Below, one piece after another: positions 37,701 to 51,940 of a stretch of 64,000 nucleotides of DNA. Position 1 is the stretch's first letter, and each line of letters begins with the position of its first letter. The position numbers and the translations under genes were made by a program. Source of the DNA: Eledone cirrhosa (taxonomy: Eukaryota); assembly GCA_964016885.1 (NCBI GenBank), contig OZ024743.1, positions 282,534,001-282,598,000 on the forward strand, in the 5' to 3' direction. The notes beneath the pieces are model-generated. The model saw only the letters and a program-made list of their open reading frames with translations. It searched no databases and had not been told where the DNA came from.

Positions 37701-40700
37701 TTAAATTCGCTATTCTGTCCAGATTCAGCATATTGTTTCACAGTTAAGTGGGTCTTGTTCCAGTGTAAGCTTTTTTTTTTTTTTTTTTTTTTTTTTTGCA
37801 TGTGTGTTTTTATTAAATCTTTAGGAGGTTGTGGATTGGCAGAATTGGTAGAGCATCAAACAAAATGCTTTACTGTATTTTTTCCGACCCATTATGCTTT
37901 TAGTTCAAATCCACCCACAGTCAACTTGTTTTTTTTCGTCCTTACAGAGTCGATAAAATAAATTACAAGCACTGGGGTGGGTTTAATCCACTTTCCCTTC
38001 TCTCCCAAACTGCTGACCTTGTACCTCAATCAGAAATCATTATTACATCTTTGAAAATAGTCAACTAATTTCATATCATAACCACCCGAAGTTAGGTAAG
38101 ATAGATAACATTTGGAACATGGTATTTGATGAGAGATTTTTTTTTTTTTTTTTTTTTAAATGTAGATACCATGGTAATAAGTGTTCACTATCAGTTTAGT
38201 ATACAAAACACCTGTCTACTACATTTGTCTTTAAACCATCACAATTTTATATCATTTTTCCTGTTTTCTCCTGTCTGGTTGTTTGATAGTATGAATATAG
38301 TGATATTTACAAAATTTCTAAGAATCATTTTAAAAAAACAACAAAAAAACACTAGTTTTGCATTATAAATTCTTCATTAAAAGTAGGATATACGATGAGA
38401 CGAAAAAATATTTCTGATTTTCATTATTATTATTTTTTTTTTTTACTAATAATTTTTCAAGATTTGTAATTGTCAAGTTTCTATTTGACTCTTTACTAAA
38501 ATGACTATAACATCATCAAGACCACATCAAACATCTCTCTATTCCATACTAAAACAAGGTCTTGTTATCAGTATGTTTTCTCCAACATCACTTCTTTCCC
38601 CTGACTCGCAACAGTTTACATCCAAAGCATTTATTTGTACTGAAGCAAGGTTCACTACTCTGGCCCTCTCTTTTTCTCTCATTTTTTGTGTTGTTTTTGT
38701 CCTGCTTGGTAAAAAAAAAATATGGCCACATACTTTGTTGCTTTCACTTACTGAAGAAAAAAAACACAAAATCTATTATATAGGTTAAAAAAAAAATTAT
38801 GTGTGCAAATGGTTTTCTTTAAAAAAAAAATAAACAAAATTTAAAAAAAGAACAAAACTAATGAAAAAATCACTAATTGATACATACACCTCATAAAACT
38901 TTAAAAAAAAAAACAATCTGCAAGATTTAATTCTGAATTCTCCTGTTCAATACTGGTAGTAGACTTAAAAAATAGTCATACAGTCAACTGTTGTGAAGTA
39001 GTTGTTGTTTACTGATCACACCCACCGAGTTTCCTGATTTCCTGAACATGGGAAACTACAGTTGTTAGTGTACTTGCTCTAATCAAGGCAGGTGTGTCTG
39101 GTTAATGTCAACCTTTTATTGCCAAACCAACTTTTCATCTATTTCTCTCATCTTAAAACCTCTCTCCTCCTTCCCCTTCTACTTGGTCTCATAATATAAT
39201 GTTTTCTGTATATATATATATATATATGTGTGTGTGTCTGTGTGTATATAAATGTATATATATATATATATATACATACACACACATGTATATATATATA
39301 TATATATATATATTATACATACACGCATATACAAATGTATATATTAATATGTGTGTATGTGTATTTATATATCAATATTTGTGTGTGCATATATATATAT
39401 ATATATATAACTGGTGGCAATTATTTTCATCAGTTACCCTATCATCTGTGTAGCTGTGTGAATGACTCCTTATGTTTGCATGCTGATTCTTTCCTAGTCC
39501 AATTATTTTCGAAACTGGGTGCTGTTTCCAGAGACATCAGACAGAACTTCGCAAATTGTTCATTTAAAAAAAATAATAAGTACACTCTTTCTGAGGAAAA
39601 TGATCTTTTCTTTATTTATTGGTCTTTTTTTTGTATGTGTTGGTTCATCAGAGTTCTTTTTTTTATGCCATTTTTAGTTTATTTCTTATCAAAAGAAAGA
39701 AAAAAACTTATAATACCATGTACCATGTAGAATATTTTAACAAGGAACAATACTTTAAAATCCTGCAATATTGGAGAGAAGTTAAAGAAACTACCAAGCA
39801 ACAACTCTACATAATTCTCTAAAACTATTCAATATTTATACAACCAACATTACCCTGCCCCCTCCTATCTCTCTCTTGCTTTTTTTTATTATTATTTTTA
39901 ATACATTTTATATGTGGAAGTTAAAATAATATGCTCTACTTTTGGCAGCAGGGATTTGCCCATTCTCAATTTTACTGTTTCATTTTGATGCGTTTCCAAT
40001 AGCATGGTTTTTAAACTTTCCTAAATGACCTGAAGCATTTGTATGAGATCTTGAAGTTCAGATTTTTAGCAGCAGTAATTCATTTTTTTTAAATACTCCA
40101 TTTTTATTTATTATAATTTGTGTGTGTATGTATGTATGTATGTATGTATGTGTGTATGTGTATGCGTTCTTGAGTAAACCCGAGAGTACGCACACATCAT
40201 GACTGAAGTAGCACCATTTTTTTTCTCCTCCTCCCTCTCTGCCTCTTATCTACTACTCACATATATTCACTGTCATAACATACAGCAGCTCTTTTGTTGA
40301 GTTGCCCTTAATTATCAGTTATTAAAAACTATGCTACGTTTGAAAAAAAGGGGAAAGAAAAAAGAACTGCCCAAAATTCCTTCTGAAGGAAGGTCTTAGA
40401 TTGGTCACATGTCCATCCACTCGTGTTACAATGTTTTTTTGTTTTTTTTTTAATTAACTGCTGGTTGTGGTTCCCCCCCTTGAGAATGCTGAAAGTACTA
40501 CTGCCTCATCACCCTTCCTTCAATGCTCTCACCTACTCAAACTTCTTGTTGGGTTAGTGGTAGGAGTTTGGTAGCTACAGTGGAGACACACCTGAGGTTC
40601 ATTGGTGAAAGTGAATCAAATCTGTGACCATTTGTAGTTGCTGGATTGTTGGCTGGGTGGAGGCTCTGATTGCAGGTAACATGCGCAATGATAGACTGTC

Positions 40701-43700
40701 TATCTGTGATATTCTGGTGTGACACACCAATTTCATATGAAAAATAAAATTTGTATAATGTTCTCATGTGGAAAAGTAATGTGTTGTCTTCTGTATTTTA
40801 TTCTGTACTGTAAATTCCTCCCACTTCCATTTTTTTAATTATTCTTCAGCTCAAAGTACAAAGCTTTCTTTTGTGTGTCTAGTTGATAAATCTTTTAGCA
40901 AACATTCAACTGAAATGCACAATGTGAAAATGCCAAGGGTATTTAGATCTGCAGCATCTTTGCTTGTAAATAAGATGTAGACAAAAAAAAAAACAAAAAA
41001 AAAACAAAAAAAAAAACTGGAGCAACTCTTTACTGATTTATCAAGTATTGTCTGCTAGCAACCTTAGGACCACTTTGCCACATAATCTGGTAAATTCTTT
41101 GTCAATGCTGTTCATTGCCATTTTAAGCATCAACTTTGATTTGGGAGTTGCTTACACTTGACAACTTTTTTTTTTTTTTTCTATTAATCATTCCCAAATT
41201 TTCCTTCGTTGGCTATAATATAAATTATTTTTCTAAATTTTCCAAATTGTAAATGGGACTGAATTTAGTCATTATCTAAGAAGTTAGGTATTTAGCTTAG
41301 TTCTTGTACAAACGACTTTACTTTTAGTTTACAATGGTTTCAAGATTGGAGTTGATAAGAAAAAGAAGACATGTGTTGAAGCTTTAAGAAGTGGATTGAA
41401 TGAAATGTAATGTTTCAAAGTGGCTTTGCTGTTGTTTTTATCTTTGTTTTGCTACTCATAAGATGTTCCCCAAACAAATACAAAGCTACTTAATAGATGA
41501 ATAGAAATTAGATGCAAATCACGAAGTGTAATTTACAAATACCTTCTAATTTTGTAAGTTAAAAGATGTGGAGAGATCAGTACTGATATAAATCTTGTAA
41601 TAGGAAGGGCATTCAGCTACAGAAAACCTGCCAAACAAAGGGTTAGAAAGATGATTCTTCTGTTAAGATAACTTCCATAGTGTTTGTGCCATGATAAAAT
41701 GCACTTGGTAGGATGCAATGTTGTGAGACTGTCCCACCTGAACATCAGAGGCTGCGTTTGAGTACTGACTGGTCTTTGATGACGTCCAACCCTTGCTATC
41801 AGGGAAAATGGATGTTAAATAATTATATATATAGACTTAGTTGTACAAATGGAAGAGAAACAAAATTCAATACACAAGTAGTGTGATATATATTATAATT
41901 GTGAAGCCATACCAGTTGGAAGAGTGCCCTGATGCACAAAAACTCTAGTTCTTGAATCACTGGTGTAGCTTTACAGATACTTTGTTCCTTTGAAATTTAG
42001 CACATTAGCCTGTGGGATTTAGAAAGCCGTTAAAATAGATATTTTCTTATAGCTGATGTTAATCTAGCCTACTGATTGTAAATCTGTAATGTTACTTAAA
42101 CTTATTTAGTTTAGTGGAAGATGATCAACATTCAGCCTAGCTGCTGGATTTACTACAGCTTTTAATCTAAAATGTTGATGCTATAGTTTCAAGTTCCCTT
42201 TAATAAACTGCCTGCAACAAATAAAAATTGTCACTAGATTAACAAGCATCGAGATATTAACCTCACTAGGCCACTATTTCAAGTAGCAACTTCAGAGTTA
42301 ACTAAAAAAAAACAAAAAAACAAAGTATGAAATATTGTTTTAAATAAATAGCTTTTGTGTGAATGTGAGAGAAGTTGTGTGTCTTGATATTTATATAAAA
42401 TAGTTACATTTCTAAAAATGTTTGCTTCAACTAAACTTCAACCATATGTATCAAAGTTACTTTGTGATGTGGGTATGGATTGCCTTATGATGATAATCTG
42501 TACATACAATATACTAAATTAGCACAAGTCATAAAGTACTATGGCATTCCTTTACATCGTCATAGCCAATCAAATTCCACTCAATATTGTGTGTGTATAT
42601 TCATGTGTATGTATACTTATATACAAATGCATGTATGTATTGCATTAGATCAAGCAAGCTCTCTTCTCCAATCCTTAAGTTAGTGTTGACATCAATATCC
42701 TAGCTGTATATGTTAGACTGATTTATATTAATAACCAACCTTAATCTCCAGCTCTGGTTGGCAGCAATTCTCTCCACCTACCAAATTTTCACTCCCACCC
42801 CCCCAAAACACCTTCCATTTCAATAATTGTTTATAATTTGTAGCCAATTGAAGGAAGATCTATTAATTGGGATTACAGTTGAGGCTTCCAAACATTTTAG
42901 CTGTTGTTTTTTTTAATAAAAAAGGAACAAGGAGTTGTAATATTAAAATATATTTAAAAAAAAAGTTGTATCTCCCACATTGGTGAATGCATGGCTAAAA
43001 TACTCCTTACACTTATAAAGAATTTGTTTCATCTTTGAAATAAATTTATTTGTTCAAGAAGTGAAATTATATACATATCAAAACTAAATTGAAAGTCATT
43101 TCAGCACATTTTTCTACAGAGAACTCAACACAAGGATTTCAGTCAGAAAAATAACTTCAACTTAAAAAATAATAATAAATAAATAAAATTGATATTAAAA
43201 TTTCAAAAAAAGTAACCAGAATATAAGAAATTAACTCACAACTATACCAGTTATTTGAAGAGAGAAAAAATAAAAGATTGAAGTGACAAAAACAACCAAG
43301 ATGTACTGTTTTTATTAATATTTTTTGTAGTCTTTTTGAACGTTTTATTATTACTATTTCTTCTCCTGACAATATGATTGATGCCAGTGGTTACAAAGGC
43401 ACATTCTTAAATTTTCTCAACAGTTGAACGACTTTCTACAGCTGGTTCTGGGACAAGTACCAATACCAAACAGGAGGCTGTGTCTAAAATATTGATTTTA
43501 AATATGCTACTTATGAAAGTAAAATTACTAAATAGAAACAAATCCCAAGAAAAACTATATTACTAATTTTGTAGCTATATATATATATATTAGTAGTAGA
43601 ATGGTGTTCCATTAACAAGTAGAAAGGAACCACAAAGTAAGTTACTCAAATAGAAAACATCTAGTTTCTCCTTTTAATAACTATATCAAGGTATGATGAA

Positions 43701-46700
43701 AGACAGCAATCCCAGAAGCTAACATTTAAAATGTATTCCCACCTACTGGAGATGTATTAATATCCAATAACTACACTACTTTAGTCAATCAGAAATGGAA
43801 GGGGAAAAAACTCATTCTTTAAATCTGAACTATCCAAAAATAAATATGTGCCTTAGGTCATCTGATTTCAAATTCAAAACATCTTTAAGACCTTTAAAAT
43901 ATAATCAATTTAAAGATTAAGGTCTCTAAAACATTATAATCACATTTTTTTCTTGAACACAAGTCTTCTGAGTAAATTACTGTGAAAAAGGTAGTTTGCA
44001 CACGCCATTATGACTGCTAGCACAAAATATATTCTTTTACTGCAAAGCAAGTTATTCTATTGAATTGGAACATCTTTTCTTATAAAACAATGAGTAATCC
44101 AAAGACTATGTACAAATCTGCTTGTGTAATTGGGTTAACTCAGTTTTCAGCAAACTGATTCAATTCTACAATAACTATTAGTTAGAAAAATCCAAAATTG
44201 TATCTATTTGTCAAATACTATCATATCATCATCTTCCACACTAGCATGGATATATATATATATCTTTGATGAAAATTCTTGACTTAATGTATGCCTAAAT
44301 CAATTATGAAGTACCAGGCATATTGTAATGATCTGTACAGTTATAAAAATTATTATCCAAGAGACATGAGAATAGTTATGTTGCTACTAGAATATTTGAG
44401 ATTTTATTCTAGCCATTCCCAACCTGGAGTTTGCAAAGGTAGTTCCTTGATCAGACAGCGTTTTCAAAATTTTGGGTCATAAGGTGCACTTGGTTGAGAC
44501 CTACTACTCTAATTTGTTGCAAATACCTTGCCAAAAGATAAATGCAATTAATATATTTCCTTACACTTTTATATCATAACCCTTAAAATAATCAAACTTT
44601 TTTTTTTTTAATATCAGTTATTTTCCAGTACAGTTAGCTGCAAATCAAATTTAACTAGACATCTGTCCATAACACTACTCATCTTAAATGTCATAGCTAT
44701 CTACATAGTTACCTTTTTTTTTTCTAATCTTTACAGAATCAAATTTGATTTTTTCCATTACCTTTGGAAACATTTCAAACCACTGACATGAAATATATTT
44801 AGATAGTGAATTTTATTATATATGTTTTCAGTTCTTTATGGAAGTATTTTTGCATAACTGCAAAGTAAAGCCCAGTAGTTAATTTCAATTAATATTAAAT
44901 ATTTTCCATAAAAAAGATATTCCACTGGCTGGAACCAGTAAAAGAGTAAAATTTATTTTGTTCACCCAAGAAATTATTACACATGTCTCATGAAACTAAA
45001 CAAGTGAACCTCATGAGTTACAACAAACTAAATTTACAAGAAAACTTCAACTTACAATTCCACAAAACAGTTTCTAGTTAAACCCAGAGTTTTATTTTGA
45101 CTTTTTCATTTTCTCGAAAACTATTTTCAAAATAGTTAAATCAGAAGTAGAAGAAAAGAAAATGAATCATGCAAAATTGCGCCACAAGAATGAAAAAGAT
45201 TTTTGGAAAAAAAAACGGAGAAAAAAGATATTTTATAGATTTTCATTTGTTTTTATCTTTTAATATTCAACTTTTTCTCCTATATGGATTTCATGTTAAC
45301 ATAGAATTTCCACAACAAACCTTTGAGGCATGCAAGAGAAACCAAGAAAAATTACAATTTCTCTTATCCAAGTTACAATTTGGACTTCAAAGTAAAAGAA
45401 AAAAAAAAGAGAAAATAGCTGTACAAAGAGTTGGTAGTTCATCAAGTTTTGTTGCATTGTCCATTATCCTTCAGTAAAACAATGATAGCTTCAGTAATAC
45501 AGGGTAGGGAAGGCATTTGATCAACTAGAATTAAACAGGGGTTGAAATGTTCTTTAAAAAAAAAAAACGATGTCACAACCGTAATTTAAATAACATCCAA
45601 CTGGCATAACCATTATCAAATCTTGGAGTGGACATTGAAAAAAGAGAGTATGAGCAATGAATTTTTAAAAAATCCTTTTTTGTTGTTCTTATTGAATATC
45701 ACAACCATGAAATAACATACATGCAAATTCTGTACATATATGTGCACATGCAGGTGTGTAAATGTGTTATACATACATAAAAATCAAACTTAAAAACCCA
45801 TCCTTTCTTTATTCTCAACAGAATGCCCACTGTGTTTTAGAGACTAAACATTATTCATTTACATAAACAACAGAGTTAGGAGAGAGATAGAGAAAGAGAT
45901 GACAAAAAAAAAATCTACACTTCATTCAAATCATTTCTGAACAACTTTTATTTCAAAAAAAAAAAAAAAAAAAAGTTTCATGAATTTTATTAATAATAAA
46001 AAAAAAATAAACAAAAATTAATTATAAAAATTAATGCTATATGCTATGTTACTAAATGTAACACTTGTGCCAATGTAGCTAGTTCAGATTTTCTTTCAAA
46101 AGTTCTAGAGGGCAGCCAAAGAGAAAAATCTCCATAGTTAGTTGAGCCAGCATTTTAGAAGTATAACATTTATTTGTTACATATTTCTAATTTATTTTCT
46201 CAATTACACATAATAGAAGGGTTGATCAATTTCAGGAGGATAAAATAATTAGGTGAACATATTGTAAAGAAAGTCTTTGTTAAAGGGAGATTTGTATTGC
46301 TTCAGAGTGTCTTTTCATTTTACCCAGAATCTTCATAAAATATATTTTAGACCTTGTACAGATTATGGCCAAATATTACACATATTTAAATTATGACAAA
46401 AAAAAAAAAAAAAATTGGACATTGTATAAATTATGAAAAAAAAAAAAAAAATAAAAGGAAAAGCTAATATTTACAAGCAATGTTAACAGAAATAACACCC
46501 CCTAGTTGCAGGAAGCTGCAGCAGCCAGGGTTAGGTAAGGCTTCCTGTAGGCACCTGTGGACAGATGCTAGATATCAGACAGAACGAGATAGCGTTTCTG
46601 AGATACCCAGTAGAAAGAGAGCTGTTTTGAGCACTGGCTGAAATCTGACAGTGGGAACTTTTCCCCTGTGTGAGATTTATCATAGGGAGATAGAAAGGGA

Positions 46701-47780
46701 GAGAGAATTTGAAAAATATGGCCATGCCCTTCAAGAATGCTTATGGAAATACCAGTTTATAAAAAAAAAAAGCACTTGATAGACAAAATTGTTATATAAA
46801 AAAAAAACAAATATAAATAAATAAGAATTTTTAAATTGAGAAAAAGTTTTAATATCAAGATTAGCTGAAAATATATAATTGAATTTATGTCGCAAATGTT
46901 AAAGACCAGTTTAATCAATTTAATATTGTGCTAAGGAGTTTTTGATCATCTGATGGCACTCAAGCTTAAGTTCCAAAAAGCATTGGCCCATCAAATATAT
47001 ATATATGTTTAATGCCTGAATTAAGAAAGTATGTAGTTGTATGTAGCATACTGCACTCCTAAAACAGTTATAGTTGTCTGAGCTCAGTTTATTAGATTTC
47101 CTTAACAATTAGTTAATGAAAACTCATTTTAAATACAAAACTTAACAACAATGTTCTATTTCATTTGACAGAAGACTAATTATTTGCAAATGAAAGGAAA
47201 TAATATCAAGCGGGTGAGTGTCTTTGAAAACTATAACTGAACAAATAAATTGAAAATAAAATTAAATCAAGAGAAGTTAATATTATTATACAACCACTCC
47301 ATAGACAGAGCAGAGTGGCTGTGGTGCTTCCTTCAAGATGGAGCTGTGCCAAAGTCAGTAGTTAAACACCATTGACAAGCAGAAATAAATCAGGGCAAAA
47401 TAACAAAAGGAGGCACAGAGGAAATTATTCTCATTAGAAGTGGGTAGGGGCTGTTTTGAAAGCTTTTTAAAGAAAAATCTAAAAAAAGGATTAAATACTC
47501 ATTCAAGAAAGAAATCAGGGAGGGGAGATGAATAAAAAATAAATAATATAACAAAGGAAATTGGTGCAACAGTTAATAACTAATAATGAGTAGAGATGTT
47601 GAACTACAAGAAAGTTTTCACAAAACATTATCAACTATATAGGTATGTGTTTATCGAAATCTTAAATTTTATAGGCCTAGCCTGATTTTTTGGGGGAAAA
47701 GCTGGGGAATAGGGATTCAAAGGTCTGAGACGCAGGCTTATAATAGGCAATTTTCGGAGGAGAGTTAACGTTTTAGATTC

Positions 47781-47960
47781 TCATGCTGATTGTGTTTGCA
47801 CGTAGTTGGAAGGCAGCATTCCTCGTTTACCCGTTCGTTCAACAGTACCTTCCATCCAACCCTGATCAATAGGCTGGCAATGGATAATGATATCACCTTC
47901 CATAAATGAAACTTCATCAGTGTCAGCAGCACTATAGTCATAGATGGCCTTGGACACTAA
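47781..47960 (-). CDS. LASP1: Lasp/nebulin-family gene, terminal SH3 exon ([23 protein letters not shown]...[29 protein letters not shown])
   Basis: Minus-strand acceptor ttttgcag ends at 47961. The SH3 has the nebulin/LASP pattern YDY.AAD.DEVSF..GD and GWM.GTV.RTG..GMLP.NYV. Confidence 0.9.
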   Translation of the reverse strand, partial: LVSKAIYDYSAADTDEVSFMEGDIIIHCQPIDQGWMEGTVERTGKRGMLPSNYVQTQSA

Positions 47961-48185
47961 CTGCAAAACAGACAAATAGATTATTAAATAAATAAATAAG
48001 AAACAACGTATTTATAAAAACATTATCCTTCAGTTTGATATTAATAATATCAATTCCAATATTATGGAACAAAGAAAATCAAACATTCCCATTTGACATT
48101 ATTTTAACCCAACCCGGCACAAATACACACATCTTTCCACATGCCACAGATTCTATATATTTGAATTCTAACACATGAAATATCC

Positions 48186-48376
48186 TTAACCCTTTAGCAT
48201 TTAAACCGGCCAGAATTCTTTTACCTCTTTCTGTTCAAACCAGCTGTAATCGGCCACTCATACTGATGTTAAGGTATTTTTCTCAAAACAAATAATATCA
48301 AAATTTCATAGATTTGATATGTGAGGTAAAGCCTTTACCATGAAAATATAGAGTAATGCAAATGCTAAAGGGTTAA
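48186..48376. mobile_element. TTAA-flanked MITE family 1
   Basis: Same TIRs and interior as 14728-14937. Confidence 0.85.
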
Positions 48377-48984
48377 ACTTTATCAAACACATTTGTGTAA
48401 TGCAAACCTGTCCCTCTATTCTAGTGATTCCAAAACTTCTTTTACTTGTGGTGCCATTTAGAGAGATAAAAGATATTTCAATGCACTTTGAGCATGAAGT
48501 AAAAAAATAAGTATTAAAAAATATGTCATCATCATCATTTTTACATCTACTTTTCCACGCTGGCATGGATTAGATAGGATATTTTGAGATAATGTTTTAC
48601 AGCAGGATGCCCTTTTAGTCATATCTTTTGGCATGCATGAATAACAATAAATATACAATAATGGTTTCTAATTTAGGCACAAGGCCAACAATTCTGAAGG
48701 AGGGGAAAGTCGATTAGATTGACCCCAGTGCATTACTGGTACTTTATATTATCGACCTCGTAAGGATGAAAGGCAAAGCTAACCTCGGTGGGATTTGAAT
48801 AATAAATATATAATAATGAAAAGATCAATATATTCATACTTTATATTTGTAATTTTAACCTAAAATAATATATAATTTCAACTACAGAAAATTATCAAGT
48901 ACTTACTTGCTTAGTTAATAAATGAAGCATAGTTTCAAAACTTAATATTTAGAATTTCAATTGATATTTTTCACATTTTTAAAA

Positions 48985-49840
48985 TGTAATTTTCATGAGA
49001 GGAAGATCAGGAGAGACTGAAGAGATGTTAGAGCAAAAGAGAGAGGACATGTGTTGTGTACAAGAGACTAGGTGGAGAGGAGGAAGAGCTAGACTTCTTG
49101 TTGGTAAGGCTATGTGGAGTAGGTATTCTGTTAGCAGAAAATTGGGTGGATAAAATATAATCACAGTAAACAGAGTAAATGACAGAATCATTAAACTCAG
49201 GATGGTCCTCGGTAGAACAGCTATAACTATTATATCTGCATATACATCCCTTTACTGAAGGTGCATGGCTGAGTGGTAAGAGAATTGGATTTGCAATTGT
49301 GAGGTTGTGAGTTCAATTTCCAGACCGGGTGATGCGTTATGTCCTTGAGCAAGACACTTTATTTCACGTTGCTCCTTCTGCCTGGACTTGCAACTGGTAG
49401 ATAGTATTACCAATTGGAAAGACCAATGGAAACATTGTTTCCTCGGTCCGATTTGATGAGCTGCACCCCAGTCATTAAGTGAATGAGGTCTGGGATCTTG
49501 ATCGACTGTTGATGCATCACAATCGGGACTATCAGTTGAACCAAAAGATGACTTTTATAAATCCCTAATGAAGACTACTTCTTTATTGGGTAACAAGGAA
49601 CTCTTATTCATAGTAGGAGACTTTCATGGACATGTTGGGCAACACTGTGATGGTTTCAACGGGATCCATGGGGGTTTTGGGTTCAGGGTGAGAAATGAGG
49701 AAGGATCTAGGCTCCTGGAATACTGCAACACTAATGAACTAATGGTATGTAACACTAACTTCAAAAAGCCCAACAATCACTTGATCACCCCTAGATCTGG
49801 TGTGCACACTAGCCAAATAGATTTCATCCTCACCAGAGGC
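48985..49840 (+). mobile_element. Decayed RTE APE-endonuclease fragment interrupted by a SINE (about 49257-49520)
   Basis: CVQETRWRG, GDFHGHVG, NEEGSRLLEYC, LMVCNTNFKK and SQIDFIL motifs. Confidence 0.85.
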
Positions 49841-51025
49841 ATTATGCAGTACTGCAGAAGACCCACCTTCCCATGTGCATGGGATGAAGCAAACATCTAG
49901 AGATCTCTTGTATGCACCACTTCTCTCCCTCTCCCTTCCATACACCTCCCATGTCTTAACACTCCATCCTTCACCAGCTAAGTATCCCACCCTAGACCTA
50001 CCTCTCCAATCCTCACCATCTTTCTACATCTGATGCACCTCTCTTGACCAACTCATGCATACTAGCATGGAAAGCTGAACATGCTCTTCCACAATGCTAC
50101 TTAAATGGCAATACAATTTCAGATCACCCTGTAATGTGGTCATGCTGGTGACAAAACAAAAGCCCCTAGTCCACTATGTAAGGTGCTCATGCTGGTGTCC
50201 TGACAAAAGAGCACCTAGCCCTCCCTGCAAGGTGGTTATGCTGGTGACATGACAAATAAGTACCTAGTCTACCTTCTAAGGTGGTCAAGTTGGTAACATG
50301 AAAAAAGTGCCGGATTAGTGACTCAACAAAAAGCACCCAGTCCACACTGTAAAGTGGTCGTGATGGTGTAATGACAAAAAGCACCCAGTCCACATTGTAA
50401 ATGTAGTTGTTGTTAAGAAGAGCATTCCACAATAGAAACCAAGCTAGAAACAGTTTTGTATGAGCAATACATGGTCATCTGATCTGACAATGGGACTTGT
50501 CTAACCTATCTAGCGTAAAAAAATGGACGTAAAACGGTGATGATAATGATATATTTATATATTCGACAATCAAACGGTTTTGATTATCTGCCAGTTTATT
50601 TAATATTTTTAGGAAATTGGTGAGGGTCTATGTAAGTAGTAATAATCCAAATGAGGGTTAATAGGTTGTCAGATGGTGTGATTACCAACAGGAGTGGAAA
50701 GTTTAATGTTTTGGGCTTGTGACAAATAGAAGAAGGTACTGGTGATCTGACTGTCAGTTGTTTAATATATATATATATATATATAAACCATAAACAGACG
50801 AACACAATCTGCAATCACCACTAACATCAAATACTCTACATTAATAGCAAATACTAAGAATATGATACAGAGTAGAGGAGACTTAGTTCTTCTGCAGATA
50901 ACCTCCCTAGAATCTGTGACCTGATTAAACGCACTCAGCCCATGCCGTAAAGTAGAGGGTGTTTCAAAACAACATCTAAATTTCATTAAAATAATTTTAC
51001 AAAATGTTACAGATTTAACACCTAC

Positions 51026-51063
51026 CCCTTTTCCAGCGTACGGATTCTGTGGGTGTGCAGGAG
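51026..51063 (-). CDS. LASP1: Lasp 38-nt microexon (APAHPQNPYAGKG)
   Basis: Minus strand tttttag|CTCCT...AAAGGG|gtaggt. Phase 1 to 0 joins the 55-kb exon to the SH3 exon in frame. Confidence 0.75.
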
Positions 51064-51719
51064 CTAAAAATTGGGAAAACGAAAAAAAAAAAGTGTTTTA
51101 AAAAATGTTCAATACAAATAAAACTAGCTCTGAAATATTTCAGTGATAGTGAAATAGTTATCAGAATGCAGACAACAGAAAAGGAAAAAATAACTATGTA
51201 AAACAAAAAAAAAAGTACATAAAACAATGAAGATAATTAAAAAAGAAAGTGGTGCAGTGTTTTTTGTTTTGTTTTTTGTTGTTCTGAAATTGAAAAAAAA
51301 GCTACAGTTGTGTTGTTTCCCTTTGAATGTTCTGGAAGAAGGCAGACGATATTTTCTGGATGGCATAAATAGACGTCAAGTGCAACAAAGTGGGACGGGA
51401 AAGGAGATTAGATAATGACAACAACAACAACAACAACTTTTGTATTGACGAAGCAGGAGAAGACGAACAAAGAAATTTTCTACACTATAGAGATCACGTG
51501 CTGGTTGGTAATAAGTAGAAAAATAATAAAAAAAGAAAACGGAAACAACATAAAAGAACTAGATTTATAAAGTGGTGGTAATCTTTCTCAGTACTTCCTT
51601 TCAGAAATATGTCAAATATTCTGTTATGCTTATAATTATGCCTTTAGTCTTGTTAGTTTGTAAAATGTAATTATTAATTTAGAATTTCAACATTCAATAT
51701 TATGCAAGGGAGATAACTT

Positions 51720-51940
51720 TCGGTACCCCAAGCCACCCCACGTAAATCCAGGGGCTTTGTGAATACCATTCCACAAAGAACTGTGGGCTGGGAAGATAAA
51801 GAGTGATGGACACAAAAAGAGACGAACTGGTAAATTCTTACTGGAGACTCAAGATCTGGCAGGCAACTGTTACAGATGGAGGAGACTGGCGTCCATACGA
51901 CCCCAACAAGGAGTTGACGGCCCAAGCAAACAAACAAGCG
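51720..51940 (+). mobile_element. Probable decayed RTE 3' terminus
   Basis: QDLAGNCYRWRRLAS resembles LAQDR..WR.LV and is followed by a caagcaaacaaacaag tail. Confidence 0.45.

Noticed and set aside
39199-39730. YI/CV-rich ORFs (also 59837-60220)
   Set aside because: Translations of (TA)n/(TG)n microsatellites.
41899-41975. Hairpin enclosing a hammerhead-like layout (ggaaga-gtgc/gcac-aaaaac-tcta-gtt)
   Set aside because: Both catalytic core segments are too degenerate to call.
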